A DNA stretch of 63,032 bases, counting the filler, from Olpidium bornovanus S191 (Eukaryota; Fungi; Olpidiomycota), in the NCBI GenBank assembly GCA_017911155.1. It is 31 parts of 31 records of this genome, joined end to end, with 100 filler letters (N's around TTAATTAATTAA, not from the genome) between each part and the next. Parts side by side here need not be neighbours in the genome. Positions count along the whole stretch, not along the records: positions 34,590 to 36,996 come from JAEFCI010009681.1; positions 37,097 to 39,084 come from JAEFCI010004933.1; positions 39,185 to 40,777 come from JAEFCI010012857.1; positions 40,878 to 44,355 come from JAEFCI010013206.1; positions 44,456 to 47,502 come from JAEFCI010009164.1; 26 more parts are not named here. The stretch is one strand, 5' to 3'. Shown piece after piece: positions 34,931-45,663 of this stretch. The position numbers were made by a program, and so were the translations under genes. The notes under the pieces were generated by a model. It was not told where the DNA came from. It did no database searches and saw nothing but the letters and a program-made list of their open reading frames with translations. Numbering within the stretch: the first letter of the stretch is position 1; every line of letters starts with the position of its first letter.

Positions 34931-37144
34931 TAGTAGCGGTCCGCGTAAGTGGGACCATTACCGCCTACGGTCACAATCCCGGCCGCGCACTTTGTTTTGC
35001 GTGTCGCTTTGCTGCACTGCGCGGCCAAAATAATCGTTACAGTGCACGCCAGTCGCACTTGCTGCGCCGGCTCCAGGTCTCCGGCCGGGCCAATCTTCGC
35101 GTTACCCTCGTTCCGGTCTTTGTAAAGTCTTGCTGAGTTTCTCGGGCCCGCGTGCGGGCGGCCCGCCTGCCAGCATGGCTGTGCGCCTCCGGCGGAAATG
35201 CAGAGGTGCGGGCAAGATCAACAAGAGGAGGCTGATGAAGAAGGAGAAGAAGAAAAAAAAGAAGCGGGGCGGGGAAACAATCCGCACGTGGGGGACAAAA
35301 GCAGTCGGGAGCGTCAATCGCTCCGTCGGTCTGGCTAAGCGTGTCCGTCCTTGCCGTCGCAGTCGGCGTAGGGCTGGGGGTCTGGAGGCGAAGGTCGACA
35401 TGAGCCGCACCACCCGAGTTGTCGAGAGGCGCCGCGACATCCAGGCGTCCGGCATTCTCGCCGCCGCGTGTTAGAAGGCCCGCGCGCGCACCTTGTTTGC
35501 GCAAGACGCGGGTCGGGGTTTTTTTTTTCAGAAGGCCAACGCGGCCGCCGGCGCGACACGAGGGGGCCGTTCAGGCTTTAGGCACGTTACACCTCTGGGC
35601 CAAGTTTGGGGGGAAGAAGGGGTGGTTTTCTTTCAATTGTAAAAAAAATGTTGGGGAGACTCCCCGCAGACTGTATGCCCCTGACAAAAAAATTCTGCCT
35701 TCTCTCCCGAGCAAGCTAGAGTTTCGCTGTTTCGTGCTGCCGGCAAAGTCCTTAGCTACCTGCACGCAGTGGTGTCTTTCTGTGGAGCTGGCTGGCTACT
35801 CACGCTCGAATTCATGTATTCACCAGGTTGATCCTGGTCCTAGGTGAGGGTCCAGAGTGTCAGACCGGCAAAGACGTTCTGACCCCCCGCCAAATACGCG
35901 ATTATTCTGTTTTTCTTGCTTTTTCCAGGATTTGCAATATTCTCCCTTCTTTTCTGCGGGTTTCCCGGGGTTTCTCTTTTTTTTTCCTTTCTAGAATTCT
36001 GAGTGATTTCCGGGGACACCTTTTTTTTTCCGGCGAGATTCGCAAATTTTTTTTGCCAGATTCTGAGAATTCTCTTGTTTTTTTTTGCGGATTTTGCTGG
36101 ATTACTTTTTTCCCTTGTTTTTCTCTCCGTGATGCCGTAGCCGTTGCCGTCATGGTGCCATTGCCACCGCAGTCTTGGTGCCGTCTCCTTCGCCATCGTG
36201 TCCCGGTGGTCGTTGACATGCTGACCGGGTCCTGCCGCCTCCTTCCTTCCTTGCCGGCATCTTTTTGTTTTTGCGGCCGCCGGAAGGAAAAGGGGCGGTG
36301 GCCAGGCTGCGTTGTGCCGGTTCTGCCTCCATGTCCCTATGCTCTATTATGGGGGACAGTGGGGATGTGTGCGGGCTGACCGGGTCCGACCGCCCTTCCC
36401 TGACTTTCCTTTCTTGTTCCGTCCAAGGCGTGAAAAATTTAGTAGCTCTGACAAACCGCCACGTAGGCGAATCTCTTCGTTTTTATTCTGCAGGATTCGC
36501 ATTATTCACTGAGCGGGCAATAATTTGCATTGTTTGCTCACTATACTTTCTGTTTACCAATTTGTAGGATCTCAATTATGTTTGTTTGGGAATCGCACGG
36601 GACGATGAAACCACGGCAAAACATCCACTGCTATTCCTTTTTTTGGCGGAGGGAGCCGGCAACGCCTTTTTTTTCAGATTTTTTTGACGCCGCAAAATTC
36701 GGCGGGGCCTGCCATTTTTGCAATTTGCAAGGAAGGGGGGGAAGGGAGGTTTCTTATTTCCAGGATTTAGAGGTACCGGCGATTCGCAATCATGATTGTG
36801 CGGGAAGTGCACCAGGCGATGAGACTATGGCGTAGCCTCCCTGGATGTATCCTATCTTTTTTTGACAGTTTCCGTCATGGTTTTACTTTCTTTTTTTGAC
36901 GGCCGGCCGCAGAAGTCGCCGAAACCCGTGATTCCCATTATTCGCTGAACGGGCAGTAAGCCGTTGTTTACTCACTATAATTTCTGCTTGCAAACGNNNN
37001 NNNNNNNNNNNNNNNNNNNNNNNNNNNNNNNNNNNNNNNNTTAATTAATTAANNNNNNNNNNNNNNNNNNNNNNNNNNNNNNNNNNNNNNNNNNNNAGGG
37101 ACACCCCCCCCCCCCCCCCCCCCACAAAAAAAAAAAAAAAAAGG

Positions 37145-37188
<44 letters not shown>

Positions 37189-37549
37189 AAAACGGGTTTC
37201 CCGGTTTCCGTAGAACGCCGGCCTTCCCTCCCCACGCGCGCGCGCAAAAAAAAAACTCTTCCAGGGTGGTGCGGGAGGGCGCGCGGGGGGGAGGGGGGGG
37301 GGAAAGAAAGAGAAGCGACGTACCATTCGCAAAAAAAAAAAAAAAAAATTCGGGCCGCGATGGGGGGGGGAAGGGCGGGGTGAAAGGGGGCCGAACGAAA
37401 ATTCCAACGACGCCAGGGGCTTCACGCTTTTGACGCAAAAAGTGGTCGGAGGGCGAGGAAGGGTGGGGGGGAGGGGAAGAAGCTCGCGTGAGAGACTTCC
37501 TTTTCCCCCACCACCATCCCCTCCGCAAACGCCGAACCCCACCTATTAT

Positions 37550-39084
37550 TCACGTGTCCAACGCGACCGTCGACCTGATCCCTTTCCACTCGCCCTCCAT
37601 CCAGCCTCTCCACTCGCCGACCCCGACGTAGCACCGGGCGGACACGTCGAGCAGGAGCGAGCCGCCGGTGGCCAGGACCTCCCTGACCAGCTCGTAACCC
37701 GCTCCGGAGAAGGGCACCGAGGTCTTCCAGTGGGGCGAAACGCGGGCGGACCGCGCGGGGACGACGAAGGCGTCGCCGTCGTACCCGCCCCTCCGGCGCC
37801 TCCGGCCGCTGCTGGACCAGTTTCCGCCGAAGGCGTCGTCGTCGTCGAGGCCGACGGGCTCCTCGGCGGCGGCGGCGGCGGTGTCGCGGAGGTCCACGCG
37901 GAACGTGCCCACCCGGTAGCCCCGGAAAGTCGCGTTGCCCCGCAGCGCGATCAACCTGACCGGGAGCGGGAAGGTGTTGTTGACGACAAACGATGACGAC
38001 GCCGAAAAGACGTGGTATCTCACGTCGGTCATCAGGTCCCCCGGCAGGGACGGGACCGCCTGCTCGAGGGACAGCCCGGAAAGCAGCGGCGCCAACGAGG
38101 GTATATCTGACGAGGACTCGCTGCCGCGGACGGTCAGGTTCAGGTGAACTCCTGCAAGCCCGCCCGCGGGCGTGACAAAAAGACGAAACCATAATGTTAA
38201 CGTGCGCGAGACAAGGAGGGAGAAAACGGACCCACATGGTAACACAAAAAAATGAACCGGAAATCCACCGGACGGGGGAGGGGGAAAAAATGGTAAAGAA
38301 GACAAGTAGCCAGACCGACAGAGCGATAAAAAGGAGTAAGAGAGAGAAAGTGAAAACAAAAAAGCAAAAATAAGAAGGCCGGTGTGGGGTGAAGGTGAAT
38401 GACAACGCGTGAGTTTGCTTCTTTGAGAAAAAATAAAAATGAATCACCACCTGACATGTACAGCCCAAGAAACTTCCGCAGCGGGTCGTGTCTCCCCGAA
38501 AACTCTTCGCGGCGCTTCTGCGATCCGATTACGCGCCCGTCGACCTTGACCTTGTTCCAGCCCCTGACCACCCTCATGTCCTCGCTTCTCACAAACCCAA
38601 TTCTGGCGCAGCCGGCGTTTTCCTCCCGCGCGCCGCCGCCGCCTCCGCCCCCCTCCTCTTCCTCCTCGTCTTTGCCGGGACAGTAGAACAGGTCGAGCTC
38701 CACGGCGCCGAGCGACGCGGAGACGCTGGCCGGCGAGTACACGTCGATCTCGGAATGAACCAGGATGGCGCCGAACTCGGAGCCCGTCAGGTCCATGGCG
38801 CGGATGGTGGCGGGAAGGCGCCGGAGCCCCTCCATGCCGTCGATGGTGACGGCCTGCTCGACGCCGACGCCGTCGAGGCGCACCACGCCGATGGAGGTGT
38901 TGACCCGCGCCGCGGCGTCGCCGCGGACCAGGAGCCGTTTGGTCACGCGCTCGAAAGCCGCACCCATGAACCGCGCGAAGGCGCCTTCCCGTCCCGGGAG
39001 CACCTGGAGTCGGGTGCGCGGCAGCCGGACGTCGATGGTCATTCGCGGCCGTCCGAAACGGAGCGGGAGAGACGCGACGGCGCC
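37550..39084 (-). CDS. DUF3712/Tag1-like (LEA_2-like repeat) membrane protein, 3' part
   Basis: VRGDAAARVNTSIGVVRLDGV; SEIDVYSPASVSASLGAVELDLFY; LTVRGSESSSDIPSLAPLLSGLSL; FVVNNTFPLPVRL; stop at 37550. Confidence 0.7.
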
Positions 39085-39184
39085 NNNNNNNNNNNNNNNN
39101 NNNNNNNNNNNNNNNNNNNNNNNNNNNNTTAATTAATTAANNNNNNNNNNNNNNNNNNNNNNNNNNNNNNNNNNNNNNNNNNNN

Positions 39185-40777
39185 CATGATCCCAACCTCA
39201 ATACCGTCCCAAACTTTCCACTCACGCCTTTACAAAAACGCAGTGTATGCCCGGCTCGCCGGCTAGTGCACGTAGCAGGGCCGTCTTGCCGCATCCGGAT
39301 GGGCCGTACAGCAGCACGCCACCCGGCGGGCGGACTCCAAGGCGAGTCCACGTTTCGGGCCGGAGCAGCGGCCATAATGCCGTGCGCACGAGGCGGCGTT
39401 TGACGTCCTCGTAGCCTCCGACGGTGTCCCACAAGCTGCTGGCACCTCCAGAATCCACGTCCATCCTACCGGCGAGACTCGTCAGCGGTAGCGCAACCTC
39501 GAAGTCCGCCCATGACAAAGAGGGAACATCGGAAATGGAAAGAGAAGCCAAGTGGGACGCGAGGTTCGCATCCGCGGCGGACCTGCGAGACCGTCGTAGC
39601 GATGATAACACTGCCTGCCGCGTTAGCTGGCTGAGGTCTGCGGAAGAATACCCGGGCGTAACTTTCGCGAGACGTTCTGCTAGCGAACTGACGTCAACCC
39701 GTTCCCTCCCGGTGGCAGACGATACGGGAACCCCGCTACGTTCGGAAACAGGTTCGACAGCTACCCGCAGCCGCTTTATAAGCGCCTCCAAAATTGCCTT
39801 CCTCTGGTTCCTGCACATAAGAGAGTCGATTACAATCGTCGAGCGCACCGAGGAGACTACGTCACGTTCTGAAAGTGCGCTCCAACCGACCTGTCCGGCA
39901 ACTCGACCTCAATAGTCCTGGTGGGAAGGTCCGGTTTCCGAAGAGAGTCCGGAAGCGAGGCCCTGTCGCTCGTCAGGAAGATGACAAATACCTGGTCAAT
40001 TAATCGTTAATGGTCGTAAAACGGCAAAATAGTGAACGCAGTTGGCAACGCAAGATCGCAACAAATTTTCACAAATGAGTTCGGACACATACCCGATCTT
40101 CATCACGCAATCGCCTCAGTTCCTTCGCCAGAAAGTCGAGGACCAACTTCCAGGCTTGGCCTTTTTGTCGTGGCCCTGCACACAGCAAGTAACGGCCTTC
40201 CGAGGTCACCCGACACGGATTTCTAATCCTCGGCTCCACAACTTCCCAATGCAGGCCACCCTACGTACATGCTTTCATCAAATCGATATCCGGCACGAGC
40301 ACGACGGAGGGAGCGATCAGCTTCGCTTTACGGAAAAATGTCCCAATCGCCGCGCACATGTCATTCTCAGCGGCGTCACCGCACTGTTCATCGTTGTCAA
40401 GACCGCGCACCAGCACGTCGGCGAGGCAGAGCTCTTGCAGGATGACGCGCATGGACAAGCACACCGCCCTGTCCAATAGTTAAACGACGAGGGTCCTGGT
40501 CAACGTAGGTACTTGCACAAATGGAAACTTTTGATGCGTCCTTTTGCAGATTCATGAAGAGAGTCGATGATGCAGGCAGAATGTCTTACCTTACCTGACG
40601 GCTGCTGAGCGTCCTGCACTGGGCTGACCAGACACGAACACCGTGCGCGTCACGGGCATGTTGAGGGTGCGGTGGTGATCGAGGTTGAAAAATGCGTTTC
40701 CTGCACACAAATGAGAACGTCGTGATTATGGGCCTCTTGGAACATCCGCTGTCAATCGTGTCGCGCCAAAAATTCAA
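39185..40777 (-). CDS. Double-ring AAA+ ATPase (AFG2/SPATA5L1/CDC48-like), internal part, spliced
   Basis: LAKVTPGYSSADLSQLTRQA; WDTVGGYEDVKRRLVRTALWPLLRPETWTRLGVRPPGGVLLYGPSGCGKT (Walker A of D2); subfamily uncertain. Confidence 0.85.
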
Positions 40778-42459
40778 NNNNNNNNNNNNNNNNNNNNNNN
40801 NNNNNNNNNNNNNNNNNNNNNTTAATTAATTAANNNNNNNNNNNNNNNNNNNNNNNNNNNNNNNNNNNNNNNNNNNNCCAGATGGACGGTGACACCGGTG
40901 GCGCCTTGATGGTTCGACTCTTCCTTGTATTGGTTGGGGTACAGGGCGAAAGAAAGAGGGTCTCCGGCGGAGCGGCGGAGTGTTTGATTACGCACATGAA
41001 AAAGTCGCGTGACTTGGTTCAACAGCATTTTCCGGAGAAAAGGTACTTTGTACTTTGGACAGTTGAGCCGAAAAGGAGTTTCTCCCCCTGTTTTCCTGAT
41101 TGGCTAGGGCCCCACAGCCCCCTCTCATCCCAAGCCCAACCCCCCGTACTACTCTCTACCTTTGGCGTTCCCCTGGCTTTTCCCCCAACCCCCCCTCTTC
41201 CGGCTTCCGCCACACCCCCCCGCGTCTAACCCGTTCTCTGGCGAGGTTCCAAGGAAGCCCGGCGTCCCGGCAGGATTTCGACGACCGCGGTGCAGTCCCT
41301 TCACGCGGGGGGTCAAAACAAAAAAAAAAAAAAAAAAAAAACCAAAGCGCGCGACGTTCAGAGCGATCGCGACGAAAGTTTGCGGCAGCGGCGGCGGCGT
41401 CGAGCACCTCAATTTGCCCCAGGCGTAAAGAATTAACCCTCCCCCCCCCGCCCCCGATTCGTGTACGGGCATCGTTTTCCGGCCTTCCTGGACTGACAAG
41501 CTGCGGGGTATGGAGGGGGCGGTCTTTAAACTTAACGTTTCAGGAGAAGACTTGCCATCAGACGAGTCGAAGGCACGGAAACAACGAGAGAAAGGGGCTT
41601 TTTATGGAAGTTTTGCGAGGCGTTTTTCTTGCCGGAGACGGGACATCCCACCAGTTTGTATATGACGCTCGCTCTGGTCTAGTCCGTGGACACGTAAATA
41701 GTCCATCTCTCGTTCCTTCCTTCCTGTGGTGCCGTGAGTACAACACGGATCACCTTGAACTTCCGAACCTTCCCAAAGGAGCCGGCGCGGTTCAGGTCAG
41801 CGGTAGCAAGGTTAGCACGTGGGGGGCAGCCATACAATACTGTGCAATGTCCACTTTCTTTATCCTTGATAAAATGTTGCACAAAAGGCGGCAGAGTCTA
41901 GAAAGGCCGATACGCCAAGGAGAGCAACCAGCCGGTGCAAGAGCGTCAAGAAAAACACAATACAGTACATACGCAGGGACTATTGGACGTCACGAAACGG
42001 TGCTCTCAGTGCGTGGGAAATCCCAAAAAGGTTGGCAGAGCGACCGGCAAACTAGTTCAGCGAAAATACGTCGCGTCTCGTAAGGAGTAAATGGAAACAG
42101 TGGGGAATTAAAGGATTTTGGCGGGCCAGGTTATGCGAGAAAAAAGAAGATGGTGCGCTGCGAGGGCGCGAGTCACCCTCCCAGCAAAAGTTGTAATGGG
42201 GTTTATGCAGCAAGAGTATGCAAGAAAATGAGATTTTTTTCTCGGTGGAGTCCTATCCGGCTTTTCGCGACACGCGGCAGTCTACTGTTGCCGCGCTTCC
42301 GTGACGCTTCAGGTCGGTTACGGCCACTCGTCTTGGTCTGGTCTTCGAAGGTCTGTCTAGCCGGTCTAGTGCTGGAGCACACCACAATGTGTGCACAACG
42401 ACGGGGATCTCTTTCGCTGGCCGAAGGGCGTAAGAGAACGTGGCGGGCGGGTCCCCCCA

Positions 42460-43278
42460 TCACGGTGCGTGATGGAATCGGACGGAGCGGACGCGGCCCG
42501 GTTTCAAAAAGTTGCCTCGCGTGTGGCCCGCTCTGCGGCAGTCCGGGCACGGGTCTCGGTGCTCATCCCTGGCCGCACCCGCGTTGTTGTGGTCCGACCC
42601 GGGCGCAGGTCCCGGTCGACGCGCCGGCGGCGCAGGCAGCAGCACCCCGAGTTTTCCCCCCTCCCGGCACTCCTCCGCGGTGAAGACCTCGACGCGGAAG
42701 TCGCGGTGCAGCTCGCTGTAGCTGGCCGCGGGGACGTCGACGGCGTAGCAGCCCGTCGCCCACGGGTCCGGCAGCGTGAGCTGGAAGGCGCGACCCTGCT
42801 GGTCGGGTTTGGTGTGCAGGGAGGCGACGTAGATGCGCCGCCAGGTCCCGAACGAAGCGAGCCGGAAGGCAGCGGCGGCGGCCGGAGAGTCGTCGCCGTC
42901 GAGCCCGGCGGAGTCCTCGGGCCAAATGTCGGCCTGATCCCGGTTGCTTCGGGGTTGGCCGCCGGCGGAATCTCCGGTTCGGCCGTCGGAGACCGCCGCC
43001 GGGCGGCCTTCTTCCTGGAGGCCTTTGTGGGGCGGGAGGCCCGCTTGGGTTCCGAGCCGACCGGCCGCGGGGCCCGTCCGGGCCCGCTCGTTCGACGGGA
43101 CGTCGGCCGGAGACGACGGCGACGGCCGCGGCGGCGGCGGCGCCGCAGACGTTAGCCAGTCCACAAGCGAGGCCAGGAGGGCAGGCCGAACGCCGCCGGC
43201 TGGGGCAACGGGCGAGGCGGGAGGAAGAACTAGCAGCAGCGCGGCCAGCGCGGCGAGAACCGCACGCCGGAAGCTCAT
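42460..43278 (-). CDS. Intronless 272-aa predicted secreted protein
   Basis: N-terminal MSFRRAVLAALAALLLVLPPASP (basic residues, hydrophobic core), disordered linker, then a compact Cys-containing domain (GCYAVDVPAASYSEL...VEVFTAEECREG...CPDC...VRSVRF). Confidence 0.6.
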   Translation of the reverse strand: MSFRRAVLAALAALLLVLPPASPVAPAGGVRPALLASLVDWLTSAAPPPPRPSPSSPADVPSNERARTGPAAGRLGTQAGLPPHKGLQEEGRPAAVSDGRTGDSAGGQPRSNRDQADIWPEDSAGLDGDDSPAAAAAFRLASFGTWRRIYVASLHTKPDQQGRAFQLTLPDPWATGCYAVDVPAASYSELHRDFRVEVFTAEECREGGKLGVLLPAPPARRPGPAPGSDHNNAGAARDEHRDPCPDCRRAGHTRGNFLKPGRVRSVRFHHAP

Positions 43279-44261
43279 GCGTTGTGCCGCCCTGCCGGGG
43301 GGGTTTAAGGGTTAAAAGAGGGGGGGGGGAAGAGGAAGGGCGGGCGGCCCTCGGCGGCAAAAGAAAATGGAAAGGGCGAATGAGAGGGAAGAGAGACGGA
43401 CGGAGGCTGCAGGAAAGAGAGAGAGAGAGAGACGGATGGGCCCGGGCGCGCGTGGTTGCGCGCGCGCGACGCTCGTTGGGAGGGGGAGTGGGCGGGAAGA
43501 GCGGGCCTGCGAAGCGGGGGGCGGGGTGGGCGCATATTTTTTTTTTCTTATTTGTTTTAAAATTTTCGCGGCTTATCTCTCAATCAGTGCTTTTTTTTTT
43601 CTTCCTTTTTTCCGTTTTTCCGTTATCTAAACTCGGGCGCGGGCGCGCGGTTTTTTCCCGCCTCTGTTTCCCCCCGACCGGCCCGTATTCGACGTGCCGG
43701 TGTCCCCCGCACGACACACCACGCCCCGGCAGCAGCGCCTCTTCAACCGTTCGTTCGAATCCCGCGGATCTGGGGGGGAAGGGGGGAGGGGGGGAGCGGG
43801 GATCCCGCGGTTCCCGCGAATCCGACTTTGTCCCTCTTCGTTATCGCGCGCAAAGAACTTTTTTTTTTCAATGGAACTCGACGGAGATCTGTTCTGTGCA
43901 AGGGGACCCCTTTCGAACGGCACCGAGGTCCTCCGGTACGCGCGTAATCCGCGTCAGGAATTCCCGCGCGGCGTCTGCAAGCAGGATTCGCGGTTTGCGG
44001 CGAAAATTGCGGGAGAGGATCTGCGGGCCAAAATCTGGTGTAAGATTGGCCGCAGGACTTCAGCTTCGGGGTTCGAATCACGGGTGGGACGTCGTGGGAG
44101 GGGGTGGTCGCTGAGGGACGCGACGGCCGCCAGGCGGCTCCAACAGCCAGAACGCCACCTGACAGGATCTCGCACAAAGTCCTCTCTCTCTCTCTCTCTC
44201 TGATGTTCTCTCTTTTTCCCCTTGTTTGACTTTTGCCCCGCGCGGGCGTGCGCGCTCCCTC

Positions 44262-44347
<86 letters not shown>

Positions 44348-44499
44348 ACCCCGCCNNNNNNNNNNNNNNNNNNNNNNNNNNNNNNNNNNNNNNNNNNNNT
44401 TAATTAATTAANNNNNNNNNNNNNNNNNNNNNNNNNNNNNNNNNNNNNNNNNNNNGGACGAAGTCACGATTGGGCTCATAACCTGTTGCGCATCAAAAG

Positions 44500-44572
44500 T
44501 GGGCCGACCGAGGGTCGAACTCGGGACCTTCCCTATCCCGGAGGGACGCTCTACCAACTGAGCTATCTGCCC
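44500..44572 (-). tRNA. tRNA-like sequence (anticodon GGG) inside a TRIM LTR; probably an element promoter rather than a decoding tRNA
   Basis: GGGCAGA TA GCTC AGTTGGTA GAGC G TCCCT CCGGGAT AGGGA AGGTC CCGAG TTCGACC CTCGG TCGGCCC A, then CTTTTG; one acceptor mismatch (A5:G68). Confidence 0.75.
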
Positions 44573-44731
44573 TATTAACCAGGTGTCTGGCTCGCCCTGC
44601 AAAGCCATTCCAACACCCCTCCTCGAGCCAGGCACCTCAGGCACTGCTGTCAATGGGGGTCGGCCACCCGCGCAACCACAATCGGAGGGACAAAGTCACA
44701 ATTGGGCTCATAACCTGTTGCGCATCAAAAG

Positions 44732-44805
44732 TGGGCCGACTGAGGGTCAAACTCGGGACCTTCCCCTTCCCAGAGGGATACTCTAACCAACTGAGCTATT
44801 TGCCC
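44732..44805 (-). tRNA. tRNA-like pseudogene copy 2 in a TRIM LTR
   Basis: Same cloverleaf, loop CTGGGAA, T-loop mutated to TTTGACC. Confidence 0.6.
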
Positions 44806-44964
44806 TATTCACCAGGTGTCTGGCTTGCCCTGCAAAGCCATTCCAAACCCCCCCCTTGAGCCAATCGCCTCAGGCATTGCTGTCAATGGGGCTCTGCCAC
44901 CTGCGCGACCACAATCGGAAGGACGAAGTCACGATTGGGCTCATAACCTGTTGCACATCAAAAG

Positions 44965-45038
44965 TGGGCTAACTGAGGGTTGAACTCGGGACCTTCCCCC
45001 TCCCAGAGGGACGCTCCAACTAACTAAGCTATCTGCCG
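44965..45038 (-). tRNA. tRNA-like pseudogene copy 3 in a TRIM LTR
   Basis: Most degraded copy; loop CTGGGAG, T-loop TTCAACC, D-loop altered. Confidence 0.5.
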
Positions 45039-45663
45039 TATTCTCCAGGTGTCTAGCGCGCCCTGCGAAGCCATTCCAACAATATACACCGCCGAGCAAC
45101 TGGCGTTGTACAAGAAGGAAGCAACCCGGTGAGCAATGGTTTCACTGGAAAGCGGACCTGCGTTCTCGACCTCACAGCGACACGCATGCCGCCCGCCGCC
45201 GCAAGCTAATCGTGTCCTACAGCCCTCACCTTGCGAACTTCTTTCGGAGAAATTCGCTGTTGGTGTGCCGGTCCGAAGTCAAACGGCCCACGCGGCGAGA
45301 GGAAAGTCAGAAAGGGGCGTAGTGTCCCAGAACGCTCGCTCCGGCTTTCTCGGTGTCCGACAGCTGCACGGGCGCGAGCACCGCTTCTTTCCCTCTCCGC
45401 TTTTTTTTATTTTTTTTTTTTTCTAAAGGTCCGCGGCGGCGCAGGCTGGCCCGGGAAGGTCGGTCGGTTTCGGGACTCCGGGCGAGGGCGGCGGAACGGG
45501 GGAAGGTAAGGGGGAGGGAAGGGGAACAACGGGGCGGAGCTCTCCCTCCCTGGCCGGGGCGTGACTACTCAGACGCGTTTTTTTTTTTTCGCACTCGTCG
45601 TCAGGGGGAGAACACCTCGCGCGCGCGCGTCCTCCGCCTATTTCGCCGTCGGGAAGACCCCAG

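Larger units (their letters stand above)
44456..45081 (-). mobile_element. Tandem-array TRIM (LTR-PBS-internal-PPT-LTR...) whose LTRs carry a tRNA-like gene
   Basis: Three LTRs at 45081-44949, ~44847-44716 and 44615-44484 with TGTTG...CAACA ends (middle copy's 5' end altered); PBS GGTTATGAGCCCAA after each; PPT (AAGGGGGGGG 44857-44848, GAGGAGGGG 44624-44616) before the 2nd and 3rd LTRs; period 232-233 bp. Confidence 0.9.

Noticed and set aside
35037-35504. Several overlapping ORFs as a host gene
   Set aside because: No frame has recognisable motifs or an unambiguous exon chain
41765-41790. GSFGKV kinase glycine-loop motif on the minus strand
   Set aside because: No VAIK, HRD or DFG motifs nearby; probably chance
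44456-45081. CRISPR array or host tRNA gene cluster
   Set aside because: Units are 232-bp whole-unit repeats with no unique spacers, and the LTR termini, PBS and PPT explain them; cloverleaves carry stem mismatches and decay
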